Source: Candidatus Coatesbacteria bacterium
GTDB taxonomy: Bacteria > RBG-13-66-14 > B26-G2 > WVWN01
Direction of reading: 5' to 3'
Length of the DNA stretch: 62,128 nt
NCBI GenBank assembly: GCA_020356085.1
Contig: CP070633.1
Location: 916,525 to 978,652 of the forward strand
The translations under genes were made by a program, and so were the position numbers. The notes under the pieces were generated by a model, which saw only the letters and a program-made list of their open reading frames with translations, ran no database searches and was not told the origin of the DNA. Within the stretch, counting starts at the first letter, position 1; every line of letters starts with the position of its first letter. Shown here in pieces: positions 26,633-35,665 of the stretch.

Positions 26633-28135
26633 ATGGCTCGTAGCAAAGTCGAGGGAGCCGTTTTCGGCGTCGCCGTCGGCGCGGTGTGCTTCGCCGCGGC
26701 TGCGGCGATGCTGTCGTTCGGCGACATAACGCAGGACGACGCTTTTATATCGTTCCGGTACGCCGAAAACCTTGCCGCCGGGAACGGCCTGGTATACAAC
26801 GTCGGCGAACGCGTCGAGGGGTTTACGAACCTACTTTGGACGCTGTTCGTCGCGGCGGCGATTAAACTCGGGATCGCCGCGCCGGCCGCGGGGAGGGGAC
26901 TCGGGATTGCCTCCGCGGTGGTGGCGGTCGCGGTCACGGCCCTCCTGGCGCGACGCTACGCCCACGCCTATCTGGGAATCGTCGCCGCGGCGATGCTGGC
27001 CGCGAACGGTAATTTCCTAGTGGAGGGTGCCCAGGGCCTCGAGACGCCGTTTTTCGTGCTGATCGTCACGCTGGCGGCCTGGCGCGCGGCGGAGGAATAC
27101 GTCGCGCCGGGGCGGCGGCCTCTTTCCGCCCTCCTCCTTATAGTGACCTTCCTCACGCGGCCCGACGGCGCCCTAGTGGCCGTCGCCGCGTTCCCGTTCT
27201 ACCTCGCGACCGCCCGCGCCAACCCTCGCCGCCTCGCCGTGTGGCTGGGGAGCCTCGCGATAGCGGCCGTAGCGTATGAGGGGTGGCGCCTGGTTTACTA
27301 CGGCGCCTGGCTCCCCAATACCTGTCACGTTAGAATCGCGTTTGCGCCGGCGAGCTTGAAGTTCGGGCTTCGGTACACCGGCCTTTTCCTCTGGCGGTTT
27401 ACACCGCTTCTGCTCCTACTCCCGCTCGCCGCACGGCGCCGGCGCGTTTTCTATCCCGCGGCGGCGCTCATCCTCCTCTTTCTGGTTTACGTAACGGCGG
27501 TGGGCGGCGACATGAAGCCGACGGACCGCTTCTACCAACCGATAGTGCCGCTGCTGCTCGTGGCGGCCGCGGCCGCGGCGTACGACCTCGCGCGGGCGGC
27601 GACGTGGGTGACCCGGGCGGTGTGGGCGGCGTTGGCCGTCGCGCTCGTCGCGACCTCGCTGTTCCAAAACTTCCCGGGTTTCCGCTACGCGCAAAATTCG
27701 CGCCTTCCGCACGACCTCCACGTGGCCGCGGGAAAATGGCTCGCCGCCCACGCCCCGCCGGAGGCCACGCTGGCGACGACCGCCGCCGGCATTATCCCCT
27801 ACTACAGCGGCCTCCCCACCATTGACATGTGCGGCCTGACGGACCGTCACATCGCGCGCCACGGCGTGTGCACGTTTACGCTGCCCGGCCACGGACTCGC
27901 CGCAGCCGAATACGTCCTAGACCGGGAACCCGATTACGTTTTAATCTACGAGCTAATCTTCGCGCCGGAGCCGCCCTCCTACGAGGCGGTCGTCAGCCAG
28001 GCGCAGTGGCCGGCGACGCGCGAACTCGTAATGTCGCCGCGGTTCCGGGAGGAGTACGTAATGTCGCACGCGGCCGTGGCGCCCGGGTGGTACTTCGTCT
28101 ACTTCCTGCGCGCGGAGGCCGGCCGCCCTTTCTAA
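26633..28135 (+). CDS. GT-C-like polytopic membrane glycosyltransferase (DD-motif family, arabinofuranosyl/mannosyltransferase-like)
   Basis: 500 aa with 10 or more TM helices. The first loop has ...[40 protein letters not shown]..., a block I associate with uncharacterised bacterial GT-C-type enzymes. Confidence 0.6.
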   Translation: MARSKVEGAVFGVAVGAVCFAAAAAMLSFGDITQDDAFISFRYAENLAAGNGLVYNVGERVEGFTNLLWTLFVAAAIKLGIAAPAAGRGLGIASAVVAVAVTALLARRYAHAYLGIVAAAMLAANGNFLVEGAQGLETPFFVLIVTLAAWRAAEEYVAPGRRPLSALLLIVTFLTRPDGALVAVAAFPFYLATARANPRRLAVWLGSLAIAAVAYEGWRLVYYGAWLPNTCHVRIAFAPASLKFGLRYTGLFLWRFTPLLLLLPLAARRRRVFYPAAALILLFLVYVTAVGGDMKPTDRFYQPIVPLLLVAAAAAAYDLARAATWVTRAVWAALAVALVATSLFQNFPGFRYAQNSRLPHDLHVAAGKWLAAHAPPEATLATTAAGIIPYYSGLPTIDMCGLTDRHIARHGVCTFTLPGHGLAAAEYVLDREPDYVLIYELIFAPEPPSYEAVVSQAQWPATRELVMSPRFREEYVMSHAAVAPGWYFVYFLRAEAGRPF

Positions 28136-28154
28136 GCGGTTACGAGGGGGATTT

Positions 28155-29198
28155 GTGGTTTCCGCTCTCGTCCTGAACATTCGCGCCAATCCGTGTACGA
28201 ACCGCTGCCGGCACTGCTGGGCGGAGGGGTCGCCGGACCATACTGCTAAGCCGACGGCGGAGGTGAAATCCACCCTCGAGGAGTTGGCCGCCGCGCTCCC
28301 TCTCCTCGAAGCCGCGGACTTCTTCCTACTCGACGAACCGACCAACCGCCCGGATTTCGTCGAGATCTTCGAATACGCCGCCGGCCTCGGCCTGCTCGGC
28401 CCCAACAGTTTCGTAGCGACCAACGGCTCCGGGCTGGCGCGCGCCGGTGCCGACACGTGGCGCCGTTTGCAAGCGACCGGTCTCAGGTATCTACAATTCA
28501 CCTTTTACGGCGTCGGCGAAACCCACGACCGGTTCGCGGGCCGGCGGGGCGCGTTCGACGACGTCGTCGCCGCCGTACGCGGCGCCGACGAGGCCGGCTT
28601 CCCGTGGTACGGCGCCGTGATACTCCGCCCCGGCGACGCCGGCGACGTTCGAGGGACGGTCGAATACGTCGAGAAGCTGGGCGCTCCCGAGAAGGTGGGT
28701 TATTTCGGGTACGCGGCGCAGGGCCGCGGGGCGAAAGGCCGCCGGCCGACGACGGAGGGGGAGGCAGAAAAGGCCTCGCTGGAGTCGGGTACCACCTTCG
28801 CCTCCGAACGCCGGCTGCGGGAGGCGATCCTGGCGGACGGCGAATTGTCGCAGCGACGGGTGGAGGAGTTATTTTGTCCGCCGCTCGTGCTGGAAGTGGA
28901 CGCCGGAGGCGAGGTTTCTTGCGGCGGCGCGTGCGACTCGGGCGGCCTCGCCGGCGCGGTGCCGGAATTAAAAACCCTCTTTTCCCTCGGTCGACTCGGC
29001 GATAAAACGCTGGCCGCCATGATAGAAGATTACCGGCAAGACCTGCCCGCGCCGTTACGGGCCGTCGCCGGCGTAACGTGGGGTCAGCTGGCCGCGCAAT
29101 ACGGCGACCCGGCGAACGAAGACCTGTTTTGGGCCGCCGACGTCGTAATCAGTAAGTGGGCCCGCGATTACCTCCGGGAGCGATACGGCCCGCGTTAA
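28155..29198 (+). CDS. Radical SAM protein
   Basis: 347 aa with a GTG start. The cluster motif NPCTNRCRHCW (CxxxCxxC) lies near the N-terminus. A C-terminal Cys-containing segment (CPP...SCGGAC) could bind an auxiliary cluster. Confidence 0.65.
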   Translation: MVSALVLNIRANPCTNRCRHCWAEGSPDHTAKPTAEVKSTLEELAAALPLLEAADFFLLDEPTNRPDFVEIFEYAAGLGLLGPNSFVATNGSGLARAGADTWRRLQATGLRYLQFTFYGVGETHDRFAGRRGAFDDVVAAVRGADEAGFPWYGAVILRPGDAGDVRGTVEYVEKLGAPEKVGYFGYAAQGRGAKGRRPTTEGEAEKASLESGTTFASERRLREAILADGELSQRRVEELFCPPLVLEVDAGGEVSCGGACDSGGLAGAVPELKTLFSLGRLGDKTLAAMIEDYRQDLPAPLRAVAGVTWGQLAAQYGDPANEDLFWAADVVISKWARDYLRERYGPR

Positions 29199-29242
29199 CG
29201 CTCCGGCCGCCGCGCCGGGTAGTCCCGCCCGAAACCGCCCCG

Positions 29243-29264
29243 CCCGCCCGGGCGGGTTTTTTTT
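29243..29264 (+). terminator. Intrinsic terminator closing the 22139..29198 operon
   Basis: CCCGCCCGGGCGGG hairpin followed by T8, 45 nt after the stop at 29198. Confidence 0.8.
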
Positions 29265-29373
29265 AAACTCCCCTCGGCCCCGAGGCGTCGAAACGGACGC
29301 ATTTCCTGACGCCCGGCGCCGAGGGGCGCGGTCGGCCCCCTGCCCGGCGGCCGGCTTTTCCAAGGAGGAGCCC

Positions 29374-30264
29374 ATGCTTCCAAAGAAGTTCGCGTTCGCG
29401 TGCGCCCTGGCCGTCGCGTTGGCGGCCGTAGGGTGCAGCATAAAAAATACCGAGATCGGCGGATCGTACCCCGGCGCGACCCTCCGCGAGTCGGCCCATC
29501 CGGTCGTGACCGAGATGTTCAACCACGCCTTCAAGGCGGTCAAACTCCCCGCGGAGGCGGTCCCCTCCGGCGAGTACGTCGCCGTGTACCGCCTCTCCAG
29601 CGGCAAAGTCGAGGACCAGTGGTGGTGCTACCTGGCCGAGGACTGGATGGTGGACAAGATCCGGGCTGCCGGCGCCGCGCCGGTCGAGCGGAACACCTCC
29701 GCCGCTCACCTCCTCGAAGTCGAGGAGGAGTACCTCCCGCCTCCCAAGGCCGCCTCGCCGGGTGACGTGACGGCGCCCTCCCCCTCCTCCCTCGCCAAGC
29801 TCCGCGCCGGCGACGTCGGCCGGTCGCCGTACCGGGCCACGCGCGCGCTGGCGTACCGCGTCGTCGCCGCCGACCTGTGGCTCGACCGTTTTAACGCCCC
29901 CCCGGACGGCACCGAACCGACGGTCCGCGCCAACGCCAAGGTCGTCGTCAATCTTCGCACGATCCACGTCCAGACCGGCGAGGTCCTGTGGTCCGGCTCC
30001 GTCGCCGGAACCGCGCGCAAGAACGTAAAAATCTCGCGGTTAATGGGGTTGATGGGGATTTACGATTGGGACGATTGGGACGACTGGGACAACGGCCCCT
30101 GCTGGTGGTGGTGGCGTTGGGACGACCACGCCCCCGTCCACGCTCCGGCGCCGGAGGGTGAGCCCTTGGACGAACCGGACAAGACCGTAGAGGAACCAGC
30201 CGAAGACGACGAGACCGCGGAAGAACCGGTCCCGCCGGCAGAGGCGCTATTCTGGAATTGGTAA
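29374..30264 (+). CDS. Lipoprotein with Trp/Asp-rich segment and acidic Pro/Glu tail
   Basis: 296 aa with a lipobox (LAAVGC). It contains ...GIYDWDDWDDWDNGPCWWWWRWDDH... and ends ...AEALFWNW. Confidence 0.6.
   Translation: MLPKKFAFACALAVALAAVGCSIKNTEIGGSYPGATLRESAHPVVTEMFNHAFKAVKLPAEAVPSGEYVAVYRLSSGKVEDQWWCYLAEDWMVDKIRAAGAAPVERNTSAAHLLEVEEEYLPPPKAASPGDVTAPSPSSLAKLRAGDVGRSPYRATRALAYRVVAADLWLDRFNAPPDGTEPTVRANAKVVVNLRTIHVQTGEVLWSGSVAGTARKNVKISRLMGLMGIYDWDDWDDWDNGPCWWWWRWDDHAPVHAPAPEGEPLDEPDKTVEEPAEDDETAEEPVPPAEALFWNW
30064..30090 (+). repeat. In-frame 9-bp tandem repeat x3 (GAT/CTGGGAC, encoding DWD)
   Basis: gattgggac gattgggac gactgggac, followed at 30103..30114 by four consecutive TGG codons. 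Confidence 0.85.
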
Positions 30265-30290
30265 TCTCCGCTCGGGAATACGTACGGGGA

Positions 30291-30318
30291 AGCCGGCCGC
30301 GAGGCCGGCTTTTCTTTT
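30291..30318 (+). terminator. Intrinsic terminator
   Basis: AGCCGGCC-GCGA-GGCCGGCT followed by TTTCTTTT, 27 nt after the stop at 30264. Confidence 0.75.
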
Positions 30319-30351
30319 CGGTTGGCGCGGCCGTCGCCAGGATATTATTAT

Positions 30352-31083
30352 ATGGGGATGGGTTACGAACGCGCCGCGCCGTATTACGACCTCTTCGGCG
30401 CCAAGGACGACGGCGCCTTCCTGGCCGCGCTCCTCTCGCGGACCGGCGGGCCGGCGTTGGTCGTCGGCGCCGGGACGGCGCGGGAGGCGCTGCCGCTGGC
30501 GGCGGCGGGCGAGGAGGTCGTAGCCGTAGACCGCTCGGAGGCGATGCTCGCGGTGGCGGCCGATAAAACCGCCGCCCGGCGGCTCGGCGGCCGCCTCCGC
30601 CTCCTCCGCGCCGACGCGCGCGATTTCTCCCTTCGGCGCCGCTTCCCGCTCGTCGTCGCGCTCAACCTCTTCGCCCACTTCGTCGAGGAGGGCGAGGCCT
30701 CGGCCGCGCTCCGCAACTTCAGGGTCCACCTCGCGCCGGGGGGCCGCCTCCTCCTCAACGTCGAGACGCCGGCCTGGCGCCCCCCCGACCCGCCGGTCGA
30801 GGAGAGCCGCGAACTCGGCGACGGCCGGCGCCTCCGCCGGACCGTCAAGTACCGGCCGACGCGGCGCCCCCACGTCTACGCGATCGAGCTGTGGTTCGAC
30901 GTGCTCCACGGCGACCTGCTCCTGGACCGTATTCTAGAACGAGACGAAGTCCGCCTCTTCCGGCCGGACGAGGTCCGGCAACTCGCCGCGACGGCGGGCT
31001 TGCGCGTCGACGAGGTTTACGCCGACTTCGCCTCCGCGCCGCTGCAGGACTCCTCCCCCGAGGCGGTATTCGTATTTAAATAA
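30352..31083 (+). CDS. Class I SAM-dependent methyltransferase
   Basis: Motif I is ALVVGAGTAREALPLAAAGEEVVAVDRSEAML. The start is taken at the ATG at 30352 or 30358, whereas the ORF track uses the TTG at 30322. TATTAT elements lie directly upstream, so the mRNA may be leaderless. Confidence 0.8.
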   Translation: MGMGYERAAPYYDLFGAKDDGAFLAALLSRTGGPALVVGAGTAREALPLAAAGEEVVAVDRSEAMLAVAADKTAARRLGGRLRLLRADARDFSLRRRFPLVVALNLFAHFVEEGEASAALRNFRVHLAPGGRLLLNVETPAWRPPDPPVEESRELGDGRRLRRTVKYRPTRRPHVYAIELWFDVLHGDLLLDRILERDEVRLFRPDEVRQLAATAGLRVDEVYADFASAPLQDSSPEAVFVFK

Positions 31084-31110
31084 AAAACCGGCCTCTCGCG
31101 CGAGAGGCCG
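31082..31110. terminator. Intrinsic terminator (mainly for minus-strand gene 31135..31752)
   Basis: 9-bp stem CGGCCTCTC-GCGC-GAGAGGCCG. The A6 on the plus strand gives a U6 tract on the minus strand. Confidence 0.7.
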
Positions 31111-31134
31111 TTCCGGGTTAGTAATCTCCCCTGC

Positions 31135-31752
31135 CTATGCCGCGCTGGCGCCGCGCCGCGTATAATACTTGAACCCCATCAACTTCTTATATTTCGGGTA
31201 CCGGGATTCCAGTTTGCGCAACAGGTAGGCCGGGCGCTTGTAGTACGCCGCCCAGTACAGGAACAGCAGCTCGAACGCGCTCGACTCGACCCACCCCACC
31301 TCTTTGGTATAGCCGGCGACGGCCGCGGCGCCGGTCTCCTTTAAAAACCTCTTAAGCTGGTCATCGACGTCCTTGAGGGTGCGGCAGCTGCCGAAGTATA
31401 CTAGCTTATTTCTGAACGCGCCCTTCGCAAGGTCGGCTATTTCCGCGAGCGTTATCTCTTCCTCCGGCGAGATCTTGAGCTTGCCCCGAGCGCCGTGGAA
31501 GGAGAGGTAGACGAGGCGGTAGTCGCGGTAGTACCGCTTTTGCCGCAGATAGTACGCGAACTCCGACTTCGTCCCGCACTGGCGGTAGATGTATTTAATC
31601 TCGCCGCGCCGGCGCAGCAGCTGCAGCAGCGGCCGGACCGACTCCTCGCTGCGGATGTCCGCCGTCCACTCGCCCTCCAGGCAGAAAATCTTGTCCAGGA
31701 GGCGGAGTTTTTTACGTTTGGCTGGTACCGTGGCCATAGGACTTCCAGGCAA
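31135..31752 (-). CDS. Hypothetical protein with caspase-like HG / SC motif pair
   Basis: 205 aa with no signal peptide. A hydrophobic strand plus HG (RLVYLSFHGARG) is followed about 33 aa later by a hydrophobic strand plus Cys (KLVYFGSCRTL). It is A/T-richer than its flanks. Confidence 0.5.
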   Translation of the reverse strand: MPGSPMATVPAKRKKLRLLDKIFCLEGEWTADIRSEESVRPLLQLLRRRGEIKYIYRQCGTKSEFAYYLRQKRYYRDYRLVYLSFHGARGKLKISPEEEITLAEIADLAKGAFRNKLVYFGSCRTLKDVDDQLKRFLKETGAAAVAGYTKEVGWVESSAFELLFLYWAAYYKRPAYLLRKLESRYPKYKKLMGFKYYTRRGASAA

Positions 31753-31765
31753 CCGCGGTTGGCGG

Positions 31766-32347
31766 TTAACCGCTCTGGAGCTCCCGCACCGAGAACACCG
31801 CGCGGAACGCGAGGCCGGCCTCCTCGATGGCCTCCCGCGCGCCCTCCTCGCGGTCGACGAGCAATATCCCCGCGACCGGACGGACGCCCGCGGCCTCCAC
31901 CGCGGCCGCGGCTTTCAGGATCGACCGGCCCGTAGTCGCCGTGTCCTCGACAAGGACGCAGCTCGCGACGCCGTCGTAGTAGCCCTCCAGCTGGCGGCCG
32001 GCGCCGTGGCCCTTCGCCTCCTTGCGGCAGTAGAACGGGTAGAGCTCGTGCCCGCGCGCGGCCGCGACGAGCGCGGTGGCGGTAATTACCGGATCGGCGC
32101 CCATCGTAAGGCCCGAAATGCCGAACGGACCTTCCGCCGGGACTAAGTCGCGAATCTCCTCCCAGAAGAGGAGGCCCGTCAGGACGGCGCCGCGCGGGTG
32201 CATCGTGACGCGCCGGCCGTCGATGTAATACTTGCTCTTCTTGCCGGAGGCGAGCGTGAAGTCGCCCTCCTCGTACGCCACCGCGCGCAGCAGCGCGAGC
32301 ATTTCGGCGCGCGCCTCCGCCACCGGGATATCGAATAGCTCACTCAT
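31766..32347 (-). CDS. pyrE: Orotate phosphoribosyltransferase
   Basis: 193 aa with the PRPP-binding motif CVLVEDTATTGRSILKA and an N-terminal FTLASGKKSKYYID block. Confidence 0.9.
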   Translation of the reverse strand: MSELFDIPVAEARAEMLALLRAVAYEEGDFTLASGKKSKYYIDGRRVTMHPRGAVLTGLLFWEEIRDLVPAEGPFGISGLTMGADPVITATALVAAARGHELYPFYCRKEAKGHGAGRQLEGYYDGVASCVLVEDTATTGRSILKAAAAVEAAGVRPVAGILLVDREEGAREAIEEAGLAFRAVFSVRELQSG

Positions 32348-32350
32348 GGT

Positions 32351-33421
32351 CTACAGGCCGTCGTGGCCGGAGTCCTCCTCCTCGAACGGCAGGTGTTTTA
32401 TTTCCAATACGTCCCCGGGAGGTTTCTTGCCCAGGTGTTCGTAGGCGCGCTTGGTCGCGAGGCGGCCGCGCTGCGTCCGCCCCAGGTAGCCCTCCTTCAA
32501 CAGGAACGGCTCGACGACGTCGGCGAGGGTGTCCTCCTCCTCGTTGAGGGTCGCGGCCAGCGCTTTGAGGCCAACCGGGCCGCCGTCGTACGTCTCGATT
32601 ATCACCTCTAAGACTTTTTTATCTAGGGCGTCGAGGCCCTGCGCGTCGATTTGGAGTTTCTCGAGCGCCTCCGCGGCCGTCGCCTCGTCGAGGCGCTCTC
32701 GCCTCTCGTGCTGCGCGTAGTCGCGGACGCGGCGCAGCAGCCGGTTGGCGATACGCGGCGTCCCGCGCGCGCGGGTGGCGATGGCCCGGGCCCCCTCCGC
32801 CGTCAACGGCACCTCCAGGATCCGCGCCGACCGGGTCAAGATTTCCTCCAGGTCCTCCGTCTTGTAGAACTCGAGGTGATGGAATAGGCCGAAGCGTTCG
32901 CGGAGCGGCGTCGTCAGCAGGCCGACGCGCGTAGTCGCGCCGACGAGCGTGAAGTGCTGGAGGTTGAACTTGACGGTCCGGGCCTCCGGCCCCTTGTCCA
33001 GGACGAAGTCGATCTGGAACTCCTCCAGCGCCGGATAGAGGAACTCCTCCACGACGCGGGGGAGGCGGTGGATCTCGTCGATGAAGAGGAGGTCGCCGTG
33101 GCCAAGGTTGGTTAGCAGGCCCATGAGGTCGCCGGGGCGCTCGAGCGCCGGGCCGGAGGTAGCGGTAAGGCGGACGTCCATCTCGTTGGCGACGACGTGG
33201 GCGAGCGTGGTCTTGCCCAGGCCCGGCGGGCCGTCGAGCAGCAGGTGGTCGAGGGGTTCGCCGCGCTCCTTCGCCGCGAAGACGGCGATCTTCAGATTGG
33301 CGACGACGGATTCTTGGCCTACGAACTCGGGAAAGGTACGCGGCCGGAGCGGGGCGGTGAACGTCGCGTCCTCCGGCTTCCCCTCTCGGGCGATAAGCTC
33401 GTCGCGCGAAACTTCGGTCAT
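32351..33421 (-). CDS. ruvB: Holliday junction branch-migration ATPase RuvB
   Basis: 356 aa with LRPRTFPEFVGQE, Walker A (GPPGLGKTTLA), Walker B (LFIDEIHRL) and the sensor GTPRIANRLLRRVRD. Confidence 0.97.
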   Translation of the reverse strand: MTEVSRDELIAREGKPEDATFTAPLRPRTFPEFVGQESVVANLKIAVFAAKERGEPLDHLLLDGPPGLGKTTLAHVVANEMDVRLTATSGPALERPGDLMGLLTNLGHGDLLFIDEIHRLPRVVEEFLYPALEEFQIDFVLDKGPEARTVKFNLQHFTLVGATTRVGLLTTPLRERFGLFHHLEFYKTEDLEEILTRSARILEVPLTAEGARAIATRARGTPRIANRLLRRVRDYAQHERRERLDEATAAEALEKLQIDAQGLDALDKKVLEVIIETYDGGPVGLKALAATLNEEEDTLADVVEPFLLKEGYLGRTQRGRLATKRAYEHLGKKPPGDVLEIKHLPFEEEDSGHDGL

Positions 33422-34041
33422 GAGGTCTCCCGCTGCCGGGCGTAGAGGCGCGCGAGGACCTCCTCCGCGGTCTCACACTCGCGCGCGGCCTCGCCGAGCC
33501 CCTCCATCATCGCGGCTATTTCGGCCTTGCCGTAGCCGAGCTGCTCGAGCACCGCCTCCGCCTCCCGGAGGACCTCCACCCGGGAGGGCGGCCCGACCTC
33601 CGCGCGTTCCCGGCCGAGCGCGGCCGCGGCCACCTTGTCCTTGAGCTGGTGGATTATCTCCTCCGCGCGCTTGCGGCCTACGCCGGGGAGGAGCGTGAGC
33701 GCGGCCACGTCTCCCTCCAGGATGGCCTGGGCCACGCGGGCGAAGGGGAGGGTGAGCGCGCGGGCGGCGGCCTTGGGGCCGATTCCCGAGACCGTAATGA
33801 AGTGCTCGAAGAATTCGCGCTCGACGTCATTGACGAAGCCGACGAGCAGCGGCGTGATGCGGGAGGGCGTGGCCAGGAGGTGATAGGAGATGACCAACGC
33901 GACCTCGCCACCGGGGACCGTTTCGGCGAGCTGGGCCGCGACCGCGCCGGGGAGCAGAACCTCGTAGCCGACGCCGCCGGCCTCCACCACGAGGCCGTCG
34001 CGGCTCTTCTTTAGAACCTTGCCTCGGAGGTAGGAGATCAT
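33418..34041 (-). CDS. ruvA: Holliday junction DNA-binding protein RuvA
   Basis: The start is taken at MISYLRGKV, with an ATGA overlap onto the ruvC stop. It has the HhH motifs (VSGIGPKAAARAL, LLPGVGRKRAEEI), and its 3' end overlaps the ruvB start by 4 nt. Confidence 0.9.
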   Translation of the reverse strand: MISYLRGKVLKKSRDGLVVEAGGVGYEVLLPGAVAAQLAETVPGGEVALVISYHLLATPSRITPLLVGFVNDVEREFFEHFITVSGIGPKAAARALTLPFARVAQAILEGDVAALTLLPGVGRKRAEEIIHQLKDKVAAAALGRERAEVGPPSRVEVLREAEAVLEQLGYGKAEIAAMMEGLGEAARECETAEEVLARLYARQRETS

Positions 34042-34529
34042 CGCGAGTTGGCGGGCCGGCCGCGCATGAAGTGCGCGCACAGCGCCACGGCCAATGCGTC
34101 CGCCTCGTGCTGGCTGGCCAGCGGTTCCGTCAGGTTAAGGTGGCGCGCCACCATGCGCGCGACCTGCTCCTTGGAGGCGCCGCCCGCGCCGACGACGGCC
34201 TGCTTCACGCGCCGCGGCGCGTATTCCACGACGGCGGTCCCCGCGGCCGCGCACGCCTCCAGGATTACGCCCCGCGCTTGCGCCATCTGGAGCGCGGTCT
34301 TGGGGAACTCGGCGTGCGAGAAAACCGCCTCCACCGCTACGGCCTCCGGCTGCAGCGCCGCCAGAACCTCCAGCGTGTAGTTCCGTAGAGCCGCGAGGCG
34401 CTCCGGAAGCGGGAGCTGGGGAGCGGGCGCCGCGGTGTCCGCGTACAGTTGATAATACGCGCGGTCGCGGCTCTCGACGCAGCCGAAGCCGGAGCCCGTC
34501 AGGCCGGGGTCGATACCCAAGATCTTCAT
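34038..34529 (-). CDS. ruvC: Crossover junction endodeoxyribonuclease RuvC
   Basis: 163 aa starting MKILGIDPGLTGSGFG, with catalytic Asp and Glu blocks and a C-terminal HEADALAVALCH. Confidence 0.93.
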   Translation of the reverse strand: MKILGIDPGLTGSGFGCVESRDRAYYQLYADTAAPAPQLPLPERLAALRNYTLEVLAALQPEAVAVEAVFSHAEFPKTALQMAQARGVILEACAAAGTAVVEYAPRRVKQAVVGAGGASKEQVARMVARHLNLTEPLASQHEADALAVALCAHFMRGRPANSR

Positions 34530-34588
34530 TTCACCGAACCTCGCGCTAGTAAAAACCCGCCGCGCCGGCGGGCGTCAACGCCGTCTCG

Positions 34589-35665
34589 TTAGCCGCCGGC
34601 GAGGGCGTCGAACGTCGCCCCCATTATGTCGGCGATACGGCTCGGGTAGCCGACGTTCTCGACGGCGAACGAGAAGAACGCTATCCGTCCGCCGCCGGCC
34701 GGCCGCACCATACCGTAGCAGCGGCCGTCGTCCGGGCCGACGAACAACGCTTCCGCTCCCGCGGGGAGGTCGAAGCCGTCGCCCCAGTTGCCGATTACGG
34801 TCAGGTCGTTCGACAGCCGATACGCGAGGCGCGGGAGCGTCACCGTCTCGGCGACGGCGACCTCCTCCACCTGCGTGTCGGCCTGGTAGGAGGTAATGCC
34901 CAAGGTCTCGCGGCAGAACGCCGTCCGGCCGCGGGAGGCGTCCGAGAGGTAGTTCTGCGATACGAGCCACAAGCGGCCGCCGCCAGCGACGTAGGCGGCC
35001 ATGGCGGCCTCGTCCGCCGCCGAGATCACCTTAGGCCGCGCGTCCAGGCCGTTGAACCACACTACCAACGGGTAGGGGGCGAGGCGGTCCGCCGGGGGGC
35101 CGTCGCGCCCCGCCCGGACGACGTACACCTCGTACGGGACGCCGAGTCGCTCGAGCGCGGCGACGTATTTGGCGTCGACGTCGACGCTGTATTGGTTGCC
35201 GTTACCCGGGCCGTCGTCGTCGTCGACGAGCAACACCGGCGCGCCGCCCAAGACCTTTACGAAGGCCGGCTCGCGGCGGGGCGGCGTAAGGTCCAGGCGA
35301 CGGAAGACGTCGACCACGGCGGCCGGCGGATCCCGTCGCAGGTAGGCGCGGAACGTCCCCGCGTCCGCCGCGGTCCGGAGGATAAACGTCGTCGCGCCCT
35401 TCGCCCGGGCGAGGCGGACCTCTTCGATCCGGCCGACGGCGGCGGGGACGACGTCGCCGCGGACCTCCGCGGCCACCGTAAGTACGAGGGTGTGCGGCTC
35501 GGCGCCCGCCTCGCACGTGAACGTCGTCGGCCCGTCGAGGCCGACGGTGAATTGGGTATAGACCTCGTAGGCGTCGACGGCGACGGAGCGGACGGTGGCG
35601 CCCCCGGCCGCCGCGGCCGCGGCCGCCAGCGCGAGGATTACGAGCGGGAGAGGCGCCGTCCTCAC
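34589..35665 (-). CDS. Secreted hypothetical protein
   Basis: 358 aa with a signal peptide (LVILALAAAAAAAGG). It overlaps the upstream CTD-protein gene by 4 nt. No family was recognised. Confidence 0.5.
   Translation of the reverse strand: MRTAPLPLVILALAAAAAAAGGATVRSVAVDAYEVYTQFTVGLDGPTTFTCEAGAEPHTLVLTVAAEVRGDVVPAAVGRIEEVRLARAKGATTFILRTAADAGTFRAYLRRDPPAAVVDVFRRLDLTPPRREPAFVKVLGGAPVLLVDDDDGPGNGNQYSVDVDAKYVAALERLGVPYEVYVVRAGRDGPPADRLAPYPLVVWFNGLDARPKVISAADEAAMAAYVAGGGRLWLVSQNYLSDASRGRTAFCRETLGITSYQADTQVEEVAVAETVTLPRLAYRLSNDLTVIGNWGDGFDLPAGAEALFVGPDDGRCYGMVRPAGGGRIAFFSFAVENVGYPSRIADIMGATFDALAGG

Noticed and set aside
28155-29198. The idea that this radical SAM enzyme is the missing partner of the Memo-family (AmmeMemoRadiSam B) gene at 13457..14269.
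   Set aside because: It lies 14 kb away in a different operon. Its cluster motif context (CTNRCRHCW) and length do not resemble the PflA-like AmmeMemoRadiSam activase, and no AMMECR1 gene is present.
30061-30126. The 9-bp x3 repeat plus the TGG run as a slipped-strand phase-variation (contingency) locus.
   Set aside because: There are only three imperfect copies and the repeat unit is a multiple of three, so slippage would not switch the frame.
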